Source: a virus
DNA length: 64,000 nt
Reading direction: 5' to 3' (one strand)
IMG/VR virus record: IMGVR_UViG_3300027850_000002
Location: 1 to 64,000 of that record
The position numbers were made by a program, and so were the translations under genes. The notes beneath the pieces were generated by a model. That model saw only the letters and a program-made list of their open reading frames with translations. It did not search any database and was not told the origin of the DNA. Shown piece after piece: positions 25,875-36,126 of this stretch (position 1 is the first letter of the stretch; each line of letters starts with the position of its first letter).

Positions 25875-26561
25875 TCATGCTGCCGTCCGTCCCATCTTAG
25901 CTTCGCGCTTCTGCCAGCGTGCCTTGGCAGCGTCGTCGATGAACCGTTTCTCCCAGCGACCATCCACCCAATCGCCAGTGAACCAGTGCCAGCTGACGCC
26001 ATCTCCCACAATCTCGTGGCGGACCTTGTCGTACTGACGAACCAAGTTGTGGTCGTATGCTTGACCGCAAAACCAGGGGGATCCGTCAATCATCGAGACC
26101 CACGGTACACCCGCTGCGAAGCGTTTGAACATGTCCTCGGCGAAGCCTGCACCGCGATTCGGTACGACCCGCTTATTGTAGCGGTCGGACTTCGTCCAGT
26201 CGAAAGGCCGGGCTGCGTCTCCATCGAGACTTCGCATGCTCACAAACAGGGCGGCTTGGAGGGCATACCTCCACCCGTTCAAGTTGCGATCCGTGGTCAT
26301 GCTGTATCCGGTGTATCCAAAGTCGGTGACCCTGTCACGGTCAAAATCGACGTGCATCACGCGACTTTCGTGGTGCCAGAACGAGAGCTGACCGGATGCA
26401 GTCCAGTAGCGGCCTTCGAATGTGATTAGTGGGAACACCTCACCTTCGAAGAAGATTTTAACGTTGGTGCGGTTGTTGACGCATTTCCCTTTTTGCAACG
26501 CCGTCTGGATCTGCGTCCAGGAAACATCAGACCGAACTGCGCCTGCATAGCCGCCACTCAC
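25875..26561 (-). CDS. Hypothetical protein (start uncertain)
   Basis: Long aromatic-rich ORF. Confidence 0.55.
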   Translation of the reverse strand: MSGGYAGAVRSDVSWTQIQTALQKGKCVNNRTNVKIFFEGEVFPLITFEGRYWTASGQLSFWHHESRVMHVDFDRDRVTDFGYTGYSMTTDRNLNGWRYALQAALFVSMRSLDGDAARPFDWTKSDRYNKRVVPNRGAGFAEDMFKRFAAGVPWVSMIDGSPWFCGQAYDHNLVRQYDKVRHEIVGDGVSWHWFTGDWVDGRWEKRFIDDAAKARWQKREAKMGRTAA

Positions 26562-26974
26562 GGGACCGCCCTCAAGCGTTCTTCGTCCTTGCGGATTCGT
26601 TCTTTCGCAATCGGAAGTCGTGCAAGCCAGGCATCGAGTCGGGTCTTCAACGGAACCTGCGAATGCACGGTCCGTACGTAACGGTAGTTCTCCGCATTGC
26701 CGCGCAGCGCCCATTCGATCAAGTCGCTCGTACATAGCGGGCACCGCATCGCAGGTGCCTCACGGTTCTGTTCGAACTGGTTGTTGCCGCAGTCCAGGAT
26801 CAGAAGCTCGCCGCCGCCGACTTCGACCGCGGTGGAGCCGCAACAATTGAACCGCCAACCGTTGCCGCCTTGGCTGATTGCGCACGCCATGGTCACGGGG
26901 CACGAGCCACAATCGACGGCGCTGATTTTCTTCTCCGGAAGGTCGAGCAACGCCAGAATCTTCAAGGGTTTCAT
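26558..26974 (-). CDS. Hypothetical Cys-rich protein
   Basis: CGSCPV..C..CC..CPLC. Confidence 0.55.
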   Translation of the reverse strand: MKPLKILALLDLPEKKISAVDCGSCPVTMACAISQGGNGWRFNCCGSTAVEVGGGELLILDCGNNQFEQNREAPAMRCPLCTSDLIEWALRGNAENYRYVRTVHSQVPLKTRLDAWLARLPIAKERIRKDEERLRAVP

Positions 26975-27546
26975 AACGTCAAATCCTTCGCCTGGACCTT
27001 GTACGTACCGCGAGGGTGCGTGCAGGTCACGGTCACGGTGTTCTTGGAGATCTTCACAGGCGTCACGCACGCTTTACCTCTCGACAGGCGCGCTAGCTGG
27101 TAGGAACCGTCTTCGCGCTGATGCGCACCGACGGGCGGTCCTTTCTCGAAACACTCGGCGGGCGAACTGTAGTTTTTGGCGATGCACGCGATCGAGATCG
27201 TGCAGCCCGAACAGATCTCGGCCGGATCTCTGATGAGCTTTGCAGGCGAGACCGACATGGCCGTCTCGTCTTGTATGGCCCTGCGAACCACGGCCCTGCT
27301 TACTCCGTCCTGGACGTGTTCGCTGATTGCCGCCCTCAACTCAGGGCTGAGCCTTAGACCCTCGTCCATTCTTTCGATGGCGCCTGTTTCCACGTGCGAG
27401 TTTCGAACAATGGTCGCAGCGTAGAGCACACGTTCCACCGCTTCCCTGGACAGCTCGAGGACACGCGCGATCACTTCAGTTACATCTTCTTCGGCATCGC
27501 CCCACTTCGCTTCGAAGAGCGCTTGCTCGAGGTCATCCAATGACAT
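26971..27546 (-). CDS. Hypothetical protein
   Basis: 191-aa ORF, AGGAG RBS, CSGC..C. Confidence 0.6.
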   Translation of the reverse strand: MSLDDLEQALFEAKWGDAEEDVTEVIARVLELSREAVERVLYAATIVRNSHVETGAIERMDEGLRLSPELRAAISEHVQDGVSRAVVRRAIQDETAMSVSPAKLIRDPAEICSGCTISIACIAKNYSSPAECFEKGPPVGAHQREDGSYQLARLSRGKACVTPVKISKNTVTVTCTHPRGTYKVQAKDLTL

Positions 27547-27596
27547 AGCGTGCTCCTGTTCTAAGGCTTATACCGTAAACATCACAGAGGATACGA

Positions 27597-28484
27597 ATGA
27601 CCAATCGCCCGCAAGCAACCATTGTTGCCGACGCGCCCATCGTCGCGCCCATCGGCCAGATGGCGCTCATGCCCGAAGGCATTCTGACGATGGCCGAGTG
27701 GATCAAGAAGTACCGTCCCGACTGCGTACCTGATGGCGGATTCAGCAGCGTCTATGACTTGCTCCCGCATGACGGTTATGACGACGATCCGTTCATTGTG
27801 CCGTCCGAGGGCAGCTCTGTGCCCCAGCGCAAGGTTTCCGATAACGAGCTGCTCGCGGAGCTGGCTGGCCGCAAGTGCTACGACAGCTTCGCGGACGCTG
27901 GCAAGAAACGCTCGAACAACGAGTACCTCCATTCGATGTGGGATGGTCGCATTCCACACCGTTCGACCGGGTACCACGCGCAGATGTCGTTCTTCATCGC
28001 GCACGTCAGTCGCCGCGTCAGCCACGAGCTGATCCGCAACTACGTCGGCCACTCCAAGGACGAAGAGGGCATCCCCTCACAGGAGTCGACACGATTCACC
28101 CACCATCCAGGCATGTACATCGCACACCCGTACTACCTCGGCGAGCCCGATGAATTCGCCGAGTTCGAGCGACGTGCGCAGCGCAACTACGAGGACTACG
28201 TTGCCACGATTCAACGCAAGGTCGAACGCTACGTAGCCAAACAAGGACATCCGCCCAAGGGTCTCGATAAGAAGCGCATCTACGAGTCGTCGTCCGGAGA
28301 TCTTCTCATGAGCTGTGGGACCTCGTTCATCTGGACGACCAACCCAATGGCGATGACGAAGTTTTTCCATGAGCGTCACGACGAAGCTTCCGACATGGAA
28401 ATGTCACGCTTCGCCGCCACCTGGAAGAAGGTCTGCTTTCAGCACTGGCCCAACCTCTTCAGCGATTTCCACCCCAAGAAGTGA
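27597..28484 (+). CDS. thyX: FAD-dependent thymidylate synthase (divergent)
   Basis: LAELAGRKCYDS, H.S..H, VSRRVSHELIR, SQESTRF, WTTN, R...A..EM..FA. Confidence 0.8.
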   Translation: MTNRPQATIVADAPIVAPIGQMALMPEGILTMAEWIKKYRPDCVPDGGFSSVYDLLPHDGYDDDPFIVPSEGSSVPQRKVSDNELLAELAGRKCYDSFADAGKKRSNNEYLHSMWDGRIPHRSTGYHAQMSFFIAHVSRRVSHELIRNYVGHSKDEEGIPSQESTRFTHHPGMYIAHPYYLGEPDEFAEFERRAQRNYEDYVATIQRKVERYVAKQGHPPKGLDKKRIYESSSGDLLMSCGTSFIWTTNPMAMTKFFHERHDEASDMEMSRFAATWKKVCFQHWPNLFSDFHPKK

Positions 28485-28837
28485 ATCGATGGTGCGGCGG
28501 TGCAATTGTTGGTTTGTGGTCCAGTGCGTTGCACCGTTCGTCCGACCATATTGACTCAAGCAGCTCTTCCTCGTCGTGTGTCCAGACTAGTAGTTCGTAA
28601 GCACGGACACCGTAGTCATCAAAGCCGTCCATCCCATAGACCTCGATGTTTTGAATCCGCGGTCCTTCGAACGTTATCAACGTGTAGAGCTGTCTGAGAC
28701 AACCTACACAGATGTCGTTGGTGGTGTCGTGGTCGGTTCGATACTCGCAACCACAATCCAGACAGCCCGGACAGTAGACCTTACCGTCATGCCATTGAAC
28801 GAGGTCAACCTCGTTCTTGCAACGTGAGCACGCAGGC

Positions 28838-30265
28838 TCAGAACGGGATGGTTTCCGGCGTGGCATTGGAGGGAGTATGTAGCGAGCACGAATGGTGGTG
28901 GTGCATGTTCACCATCGAAGGCGTGCTTCCTGGGATAGCCTTGCTGCACTTGTCGCAGACTTCGTGGTCCGTAACATCTGACACCAACGTCTCCTTCTCA
29001 CGGGCGACGTGTTCAAGCAGGATGTCGATCGGGAACACGTTACGGCGCTTGGCCTCCGCCGCTAGAGCTGATGTCAGAAGCTTTTTGAACGGCTCCAAGA
29101 GCAGTCGCCGTTCGACGCCCACGATGCCGCCATCGTCGATCAGGCGGCATGCCGTCTTGGTCCCACGGAACGTGACAACGACGAACGACGCCACAATTTG
29201 CTCGAGACGGTCAGAGGTTTCGCGCTCTTCGAGCGTGAGGTCAGATGGAGCGAAACGCGCCTCAACGGTTCCTTCCATCTTGGCCGCGATGGTTTCCGCG
29301 GACAGGCCGCCCTTCTCAAGCAGTTCCTGAAGCGTGTTGGACACTACGACCGGCTTGGCGCCGATGCTTTCGGCTTCCTTGGCCGCGCGCATCGACGTGA
29401 CCGGGGACGCGTCTACGCCGTTTTCAGCTTCGAACCTGTCCCGTACGCTCTTCAGCAGCTTGTCGTCGGCGTGGTACTTGAGCTGCCGTATTTCGGCGGC
29501 GTCTGCCTTCGCCATCTCGTAGACGCGAGGCGCCGCCAGTTCTGGTTTCTGTGTGCAGACCTGTTGCCACAAGTTACCGAGCGCGTAGTGCAGGTCCCAC
29601 TCGTCGACCATACGTCGGTCTCGGTCGAGCTTGAGCGACTTCATGTCGTACCCGCATGACAGGTCACTGAACGCTCGAACGAAGATGCCGCGAGCGAACA
29701 CCTGACCGACACGATCCTTCGACAGGAGAAGGGTCCCGCTGGACATTTCCACGACGTCAGCAGGTTTGGGTGGTTCCAAGAACAGGAACAACTTCTTGAG
29801 CGCATCCCAGATGCCTGTCGTGATTCCTTCGATTTCGATTTTGAAGTCAACCTCGCGGATCGAGATTTTGCGGGACTTGAACGTCAGAAGCTCTTGACCC
29901 TCGAACGGATGGCCTACGTCAGGTTCTTCGAACGACACGCTCCAGGACAGGTCCCCGTTCTGAAACTTCACATCGTGCCCCTTGCGCAACAGTGCCAGGC
30001 AGCCGAGCACGAAACCCTCACCGAACTGGCCGCGCTTCTCGCCTGGCGTCTTGTCCGACTTCCCGAGGATGAGGAGCTTGGCGGGATCCACGTAGATCTG
30101 CGCGTTGGAGATCTCAAGACGTGACGTTCGAGGAAAGTGATCGATCGTCATCTTGTAGCCGTCTTCGTCCGCGTCCTTAGCGTTTTGCAAGAACTCCCGG
30201 CAGCCCTCGAAAACGCTCCAGGAGGCGCAGTAATTCTTGTCGATCGCGAGTGGGATCTTAGCCAT
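28838..30265 (-). CDS. GHKL (HATPase_c-like) ATP-binding protein
   Basis: REFLQNAKD, LILGKSDK, GQFGEGF. Confidence 0.8.
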   Translation of the reverse strand: MAKIPLAIDKNYCASWSVFEGCREFLQNAKDADEDGYKMTIDHFPRTSRLEISNAQIYVDPAKLLILGKSDKTPGEKRGQFGEGFVLGCLALLRKGHDVKFQNGDLSWSVSFEEPDVGHPFEGQELLTFKSRKISIREVDFKIEIEGITTGIWDALKKLFLFLEPPKPADVVEMSSGTLLLSKDRVGQVFARGIFVRAFSDLSCGYDMKSLKLDRDRRMVDEWDLHYALGNLWQQVCTQKPELAAPRVYEMAKADAAEIRQLKYHADDKLLKSVRDRFEAENGVDASPVTSMRAAKEAESIGAKPVVVSNTLQELLEKGGLSAETIAAKMEGTVEARFAPSDLTLEERETSDRLEQIVASFVVVTFRGTKTACRLIDDGGIVGVERRLLLEPFKKLLTSALAAEAKRRNVFPIDILLEHVAREKETLVSDVTDHEVCDKCSKAIPGSTPSMVNMHHHHSCSLHTPSNATPETIPF

Positions 30266-30310
30266 GACCTATCTTTCGTTTGCGTTGTGATTGTGTGATA
30301 AACGTGTTGC

Positions 30311-30706
30311 GTGTGGAAGCCAGTGAGCAAGTTGAATTGGACACCGTTGGCGTCCGATGGGCGTTTCGTTGTGGTCACGAACACCGCGATTGTGAGTGAC
30401 CGTTGGCACGCACGCGCATGTGCCGCGATCACTGATTCGGCCTACGCCGTTCGTGACGTCGTGCGAGATATCCTTGCGAACCCTCAGGTCAGGGCCGTCG
30501 TGTTCGATGGCCCTGCGCTCAATCGTGCCGAGTTCGATAAGTTCTGGCTCGGGGAGAACGACATCTCCTGGCGTATCGATAAGGAACATCTCGACCTGGT
30601 CCGCCAGTTTGTCGATCTGTTCGACGACGATTGTATGTGGCGTGTGCCGCCGCAGCCGTTCTGGCCTGCGCGCGTTATGTACCTCGAAGAAATGGAAGCC
30701 AAATGA
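30311..30706 (+). CDS. Stand-alone MtrA-like domain protein
   Basis: VVRDILANPQVRAVVFDG...IDKEHLDLVRQFVDL resembles the MtrA-like NPxIR and xRQxVEL motifs. Confidence 0.5.
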   Translation: MWKPVSKLNWTPLASDGRFVVVTNTAIVSDRWHARACAAITDSAYAVRDVVRDILANPQVRAVVFDGPALNRAEFDKFWLGENDISWRIDKEHLDLVRQFVDLFDDDCMWRVPPQPFWPARVMYLEEMEAK

Positions 30707-31380
30707 GACTGATCGCGTTGATGGGCAAGAGCAAGAGTGGCAAGGATACGGTTGGACAGATGCTTCTGGACGCCGATCCACGAGGTGTCACCATCGCGTT
30801 CGCAGACAAGTTGAAGGAAGTCTGCATGGACCTCTTCGACCTGTCTCACGACGATGTCTACACCGAGGAGGGCAAGAACCGGGTCACGGATTTCCCCTGC
30901 TACAAGTGTCCGGCCTGTGGCTCTATCGACGCGACGCTCGAGGCACCGACGCAGGTCGTGTGCAAGGGCTGTACTGCCGTCGGAGCACCTTCAGCCTTCG
31001 CATCGTTTTGGACAGTGCGGATGATTTTGCAACACGTCGGGACAGAAGGTTGCCGTCGTGTGTGCGACACCGTTTGGGTTCGACAGGCGATCAAACGCAT
31101 CAAGGCGCAGTACGCCGACAAACCCTTCGTAGCCATCACGGATTGTCGCTTCAAGTCGGAAGCAGACATGGTGTGGAAGACCGAAGGTGAAGTGTGGCGT
31201 ATCCGTCGTCCCGAGACGGACCACAAGGCGCAAGGTCTCGCGAAGCACAGCTCGGAGACCCAGATGGACACGATCCCGGACACGTTGTTTCAACTCACGC
31301 TGAACAACGACAGCACTCTCGAGAATCTACGACACAAAGTCGTGGGTGGGCTCGAGCGGTTCCTCGCTGCACGTGCGTAG
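30703..31380 (+). CDS. Deoxynucleoside monophosphate kinase with zinc-ribbon insertion
   Basis: GKSKSGKDT P-loop, AFADKLKE, R.ILQ..GTE..R, ITDCRF..E, H.SE. Confidence 0.88.
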   Translation: MRLIALMGKSKSGKDTVGQMLLDADPRGVTIAFADKLKEVCMDLFDLSHDDVYTEEGKNRVTDFPCYKCPACGSIDATLEAPTQVVCKGCTAVGAPSAFASFWTVRMILQHVGTEGCRRVCDTVWVRQAIKRIKAQYADKPFVAITDCRFKSEADMVWKTEGEVWRIRRPETDHKAQGLAKHSSETQMDTIPDTLFQLTLNNDSTLENLRHKVVGGLERFLAARA

Positions 31381-31596
31381 AACGCTTGGACGGTAGCGAT
31401 ATCGGTCTGCTGCCTTCTGCATCGCCGCATTCAGCGCGAGCCGCGCGTCTTGGTAGCCCTGCTCGTACGCCAAGCGGATCTTCTCGTTCGTGTGCGTCGT
31501 GAACGCAGGGTCGAGCGGCTTGCTCGAGGCTCCAGCGACCCAACCCTTGCGGTACGACTGCCACTGGTTCGCGGCGTCGGGATCAGCGATTGGCAT
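31327..31596 (-). CDS. Hypothetical protein
   Basis: YRKGW..AYEQGY motif. Confidence 0.5.
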   Translation of the reverse strand: MPIADPDAANQWQSYRKGWVAGASSKPLDPAFTTHTNEKIRLAYEQGYQDARLALNAAMQKAADRYRYRPSVLRTCSEEPLEPTHDFVS

Positions 31597-31888
31597 CGTA
31601 GTACTTCCGAGCTTCCACAGCGACGCGGTCGAACATCGCCTTACCGCCGAACTTCTCAGGGAGGTTCTCTCGGTAGTTGATGGTCACGAGCGCCAGCGCA
31701 AACACGCACTGTTCAGGGGAGAATCCCATCTCGCCCCACTGCTCGTTCAACCATCTGATGATGGTTTCACCGTTACCTGCGGCCTCGAGCGCATGATCGT
31801 TCATCGCGCTTGCGGCCATCTGTTTCTTCATCGCCTCGATGGCCTCGGACGACTTCGATATGTTCTCGGCGAATTTCTCGTTCATCAA
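31583..31888 (-). CDS. Hypothetical protein
   Basis: Overlap-coupled ORF. Confidence 0.55.
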   Translation of the reverse strand: MMNEKFAENISKSSEAIEAMKKQMAASAMNDHALEAAGNGETIIRWLNEQWGEMGFSPEQCVFALALVTINYRENLPEKFGGKAMFDRVAVEARKYYDANR

Positions 31889-32154
31889 CGTCTCACGGGT
31901 TGCTTGGGAACAGCCTTTGGAATCGGCTTATCGCGGAATAGACCGCAGCCTCGAACAACTTCAGCACCCACCACGATGACCGGCTTGGCCAGCTCACCGT
32001 CAGGCGCGCGTTCTACGCCGGGCGGGAACATTTGTCCTCGCTGTTCGGTCGCAGGGTAGGTCGACTGCACAGCACAGCGCCCGTGACGACCTTCTTTGAC
32101 GCCCCGGATGATGGGGTCGTAATTTTGACATTGAGAACAAGGTTTATCGGCCAC
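31885..32154 (-). CDS. Small Cys-rich protein
   Basis: CSQC.NY..GRC..GC..F. Confidence 0.55.
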   Translation of the reverse strand: MADKPCSQCQNYDPIIRGVKEGRHGRCAVQSTYPATEQRGQMFPPGVERAPDGELAKPVIVVGAEVVRGCGLFRDKPIPKAVPKQPVRR

Positions 32155-32162
32155 AGAGTCTC

Positions 32163-32654
32163 CTAGCTGGCGGTCATCATGACGACGATGCCGAAACGAC
32201 GCAAGATCGGAGCTGCGAAGGACGTACGAAGTACCTTGGCGAGCGCCAGCATTCCACGGTCGAGTGGTTGCCCGATGAACCAGAGCACGGACGCATCACT
32301 CTTGAGAGTAGATGCAGGTGCCCCTTCGGACGGAGCGTTCAACACGGTGTCGTTGTATCGAACGCCAATCCCCGCATCCACCAACATCGTGCTCACGCCC
32401 TGCACCATGAACAAGTCTGCAACGCAGTTGGCTAGGACATCGAGCGCGTCGTTGTCGGTTTGTACACGTGTCGACGTCACATCGAACCCCACATGCTTCG
32501 ACCGAATGACGTGTTTGTTTGGAATCGCCATGTCGGCGTCCCGGTCTATCTCGTCTAGGTTGATACGAGCACGTGATGATGGCTCGACGCGGACGGGTTG
32601 ACGTAACGGTTCAACCGTTCGCCATGGGTCCACGATTCCGCGTTTCTTGGTCAT
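32163..32654 (-). CDS. Hypothetical protein
   Basis: ATGA-coupled ORF. Confidence 0.5.
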   Translation of the reverse strand: MTKKRGIVDPWRTVEPLRQPVRVEPSSRARINLDEIDRDADMAIPNKHVIRSKHVGFDVTSTRVQTDNDALDVLANCVADLFMVQGVSTMLVDAGIGVRYNDTVLNAPSEGAPASTLKSDASVLWFIGQPLDRGMLALAKVLRTSFAAPILRRFGIVVMMTAS

Positions 32655-32881
32655 GTCGTCACTACGATGCGGCCATCGAGCCCTGGATCCACGCAGGACG
32701 CATGGACGAACTCGAACTCCCCCGACATGTGAATCCCCATCTCTTGTGTTTGAGGATCTCGCGCATTCGGGTCGTAGATGATGTGTGCAGGCATGACGCG
32801 ATCGCCCGCCTTGAACAACTTACGACACCGCGCGCAGGTTGTATGCGGGACCCGTTGATTGAGGGTGTTGACCGGCATCAA
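32651..32881 (-). CDS. Small CxxC..HxxC finger protein
   Basis: CARCRK.F..GD..FVHASC. Confidence 0.6.
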   Translation of the reverse strand: MMPVNTLNQRVPHTTCARCRKLFKAGDRVMPAHIIYDPNARDPQTQEMGIHMSGEFEFVHASCVDPGLDGRIVVTT

Positions 32882-33546
32882 TCCTCGATGCCTTGGGCAC
32901 GCAGCATGACCGCACGTACAGGTCGATAGGATTTACGATGTGCCATCGTAGGTCCACGCTTGGCCAAGAGCGCCTTGTGTTCGCGTGTTGGATACCCGCG
33001 GCTCTTGTCGAAGCCCCAGTTCGGATACTCTTTGTGCAGCTCGTCGATCCGCTTGTCATGGGTCGTCTTCGCGACGATCGACGCAGCGCCGATGTGCCAG
33101 TCGGTCCTGTCTCCGTCAGGGATACATTTGACAGGACACGGCAGGTTGGGTCGTTCGAGGTCTCCGTCGATCAAGACGAGAAAATCCTCGGGCTGGAGTG
33201 TCGGGTCGAGCGTCTTGAGCCGTTCGAGGCAGCGTGATGCTGCTAGCTTGATCGCTTCTGGAAACACTGTTCCGAAGAGCCTCGCGTCAATTTCAGCAGC
33301 GGTCTTTTCGATGATGACGACGGCAGCACAGGTCGCTTGAACGGCGATGGAGAGTGCGGCTCGGTGCGCTGGATTTTTGATGCCCTTGGAGTCGCCTGCT
33401 ACCAAGGCCTTGTCGGCGTAGACACCTTTCCACATCGAGGTAACGCGCTCCGCGTCGATCGGAAACGCGACAGCAACCACGACAAGGGGTCCAACCAGAG
33501 CCCCACATCCCGCCTCGTCCACACCGACAACATATTTGGGAATCAT
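32878..33546 (-). CDS. rnhB: Ribonuclease HII
   Basis: GVDEAG.G.LVGP, DSK, IDG, DGD, IGAASIVAK, GYPT.EH, HR.SY.PV. Confidence 0.92.
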   Translation of the reverse strand: MIPKYVVGVDEAGCGALVGPLVVVAVAFPIDAERVTSMWKGVYADKALVAGDSKGIKNPAHRAALSIAVQATCAAVVIIEKTAAEIDARLFGTVFPEAIKLAASRCLERLKTLDPTLQPEDFLVLIDGDLERPNLPCPVKCIPDGDRTDWHIGAASIVAKTTHDKRIDELHKEYPNWGFDKSRGYPTREHKALLAKRGPTMAHRKSYRPVRAVMLRAQGIED

Positions 33547-33692
33547 GTGACGGCCTTGATGCGTGGTTTCTTCTTGTTGAGGGACACGCGCCTGTCGCAA
33601 TTTATGCAGGCCGCAGTTTTTCCTTTACCGGTCACTCGCCACCCGCACGGGCACACGACGACCTTCGTGCCTTTGGGGCGGCCTGCCTTCAT
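33543..33692 (-). CDS. Small AT-hook/zinc-ribbon protein (49 aa, not in track)
   Basis: MKAGRPKG..CPCG..CINC; ATGA overlaps at both ends. Confidence 0.6.
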   Translation of the reverse strand: MKAGRPKGTKVVVCPCGWRVTGKGKTAACINCDRRVSLNKKKPRIKAVT

Positions 33693-33910
33693 GCGCTGAT
33701 CGTCCAACTCGTTTTGAAGAACTTGGCCAACTTGTGTAGATGTCGCCAGTTTAGAAGGCTCCTACCCTGTTCGATCGCCGTGTACTGCGCCCGACTGAGT
33801 TGAATGCCGGCTGCTACCTGCGCCTGCGTCAGGTTTTTGGACAAGCGTTTGTCCCGCAGTTCTTTCAACAACGTTACATACGGATCGCGGCTCATATCGG
33901 ACAGAATCAT
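33689..33910 (-). CDS. XRE-family HTH regulator
   Basis: LRDKR..NLTQAQVA..QLSRAQYTAIEQG. Confidence 0.88.
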   Translation of the reverse strand: MILSDMSRDPYVTLLKELRDKRLSKNLTQAQVAAGIQLSRAQYTAIEQGRSLLNWRHLHKLAKFFKTSWTISA

Positions 33911-33936
33911 AGGCGTTCAGGGTTTATTGCGCAAAC

Positions 33937-36042
33937 TCACGCGGCCGTAGTGCGCCGGAAGTGCTCGACGAAACGCGGAATGAATCGTTCGCACACCGCC
34001 ATGTCTGACGTGATCGCGTTGTTCGACCACGGCAGGGCTTTGCGCACGGCGCCTCCGTAGCTCTTGTCCCAGATGCGACTGTCGAGGATCGCAACGCACC
34101 CCCGGTCGTCTTTCGTACGAATCAATCGACCAACGCCCTGACGCAAGTCGATGAGCATGTCGACAAGTTGAACGTCGTGGAAGGCGTTCTTCCCTGCGAG
34201 CCGCTCGCGCGCCTTGATGATCGGGTCGTTGTATTGCGGAAACGGAAGCTTGGCCATGATGACCAGCCGAAGTGCGCCTCCCGGAACATCGACACCTTCC
34301 CAGAACGACTTCGAACCGACGAGGATCGAATCCGGCGTCGCTTTGAACTGCTTGAGCGCCGCGTTTGGGTCACCGTCCCACGGATTCTTCCGATGGCCCT
34401 GCGCGAACGTGCGACCAGGGAAGCGTTGCTTGAGCGCTGTCGCAAATGCGTCGAGTTCATCGTTCGCCGTCGTGAGAATGAAGGCGCCACCATCCGACAG
34501 CTCCACGAGACGGACCGCCATGTCGACGCGGCTCTGCATGACCTTGGCGTAGTCTGGATTCACTCGACCGATTGCGGGCAGGTTACGAGGTACGAACACG
34601 AAGCCCTGTGCGTCGTAGTTGAATGCCGTTGGCAGAACTTCTGCCTTTGCCGGTGACAGTCCCGTCATGCTGGTCACGTGCTCGAAGTCGCCGTTGACGG
34701 CGAGCGTCGCGCTGCACACCACGATCGTTTTGATCGCCGAGAAGTACTTTCCTGCGATGCCGCCAACACTCACAGGCGCGCAGTTGATGCCGAAGCGCCC
34801 GCGGTCGTCCTGTGTTGCGTAGATCGCCGTGTTGGCGAGAATGCGCTCGCGGCGCATCGCCTGCTGTTCGGGGTCTGTGATCTCGAGGTCGGGGTCCACC
34901 ATGCCCTGCGACGTCTGCAGCCCGCGCAAGAGGGAGTCAACGCGTCGCGTCGCCTGGGTAAGGAACGCGAGGTCCTTCGCTTTGTATTCCTCACTGCGCA
35001 CCTTCTCGATTGTCATGTCGACTTCGATGCCCTTCATCTCTTCATCGAACTCAGACAGGCCGTCGTCGGGGTGGTTGTACGTCCGCTCCTCTGGCTCCGA
35101 TTCAACAGGATCGGCGTTGAGTTCGGATGTTTTCTTGGTCAGTTCGACAGCTGCAGCACGAAGTCCGTCGATAGCCGCTCGCGCTAGCGCGTCGTCGAAT
35201 ACAGGAACATCCTTGGCGCTCGCATCCTGGTAGTGCTTGTTGGGCACCGCTTCGAACATCGCTTTCCACGGCTCGAGTAGTTCGCGGATGCGAGGGAACG
35301 AACCGCTCGTGCGCTTGAGCAAATCCACCAACCCTGAGATCGAGTCCTCGCTGACCCGGTGCGTGAACGCCGAACGGATTCCTGCAGCAAGCGTGTGCGC
35401 CTCATCAATGATGAGAACGTCGTAGGGCCCGCCCACGAGTTTGCCGTGGCCGAAGTACATCTCGGCACCGAGCACGTGATGGTTGATCACGATGAGCTTG
35501 GACTGCGTGGTGTCTCGCTTGAGGCGGATGTAGCCGCAGTCGTCAAAGAAATCGCACCGTTTGCCGACACAGTCTTCGGCCGATGCAGATCCCCACCAAC
35601 GAGGCGGCATGCCTGGGTACTCAGCCCGATCGCCGTAGAGGTTTCTGCGGATGAAGTCCATGTACGGAGCGCCGCCCTCGCCGCCTTTGTCGATGATTGA
35701 AACCGCCGACATCTGGCAGGCATAGTTGCCCTTGCCCTTGAGTGGGATGGCCGTCGCGAACGGCATGTTCAGGATGCGTTTCAGCGTCGGGAAATCCTTG
35801 CCGACGATCTGGTCCTGGAGGCCCTTCTTGGCCGTTGCAACGACGACCCGGCGTCCGGCAGCCAGAAGCGCCGGCAGGAGGTACGCGTACGTTTTGCCGG
35901 TGGCAACCGGCGCCTCGCAGAAGTAGGCTCCCCCGTCACGGAGAACTTCTTCGATGGAGGCGGCCATCGAGAGCTGGGGCGGGCGCGCTTCGCGTACCAA
36001 GCCGTGTACGGGATCGGTCAGAAGGTCAGCTACCGTTCGCAT
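33937..36042 (-). CDS. DinG/YoaA-family Fe-S DNA helicase
   Basis: EAPVATGKT, LKGKGNYAC, C..C..C cluster, DEAH, SATL, FWEGVDVPG, KLPFP, QGVGRLIR. Confidence 0.92.
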   Translation of the reverse strand: MRTVADLLTDPVHGLVREARPPQLSMAASIEEVLRDGGAYFCEAPVATGKTYAYLLPALLAAGRRVVVATAKKGLQDQIVGKDFPTLKRILNMPFATAIPLKGKGNYACQMSAVSIIDKGGEGGAPYMDFIRRNLYGDRAEYPGMPPRWWGSASAEDCVGKRCDFFDDCGYIRLKRDTTQSKLIVINHHVLGAEMYFGHGKLVGGPYDVLIIDEAHTLAAGIRSAFTHRVSEDSISGLVDLLKRTSGSFPRIRELLEPWKAMFEAVPNKHYQDASAKDVPVFDDALARAAIDGLRAAAVELTKKTSELNADPVESEPEERTYNHPDDGLSEFDEEMKGIEVDMTIEKVRSEEYKAKDLAFLTQATRRVDSLLRGLQTSQGMVDPDLEITDPEQQAMRRERILANTAIYATQDDRGRFGINCAPVSVGGIAGKYFSAIKTIVVCSATLAVNGDFEHVTSMTGLSPAKAEVLPTAFNYDAQGFVFVPRNLPAIGRVNPDYAKVMQSRVDMAVRLVELSDGGAFILTTANDELDAFATALKQRFPGRTFAQGHRKNPWDGDPNAALKQFKATPDSILVGSKSFWEGVDVPGGALRLVIMAKLPFPQYNDPIIKARERLAGKNAFHDVQLVDMLIDLRQGVGRLIRTKDDRGCVAILDSRIWDKSYGGAVRKALPWSNNAITSDMAVCERFIPRFVEHFRRTTAA

Positions 36043-36126
36043 AAGGCCTTTCAGTCTGCATTGCTTGTGGGATAAACATCAAGACGATCAGTTGCTTTCC
36101 TCGTCTGTTCCTTGTACCAAGATTCC

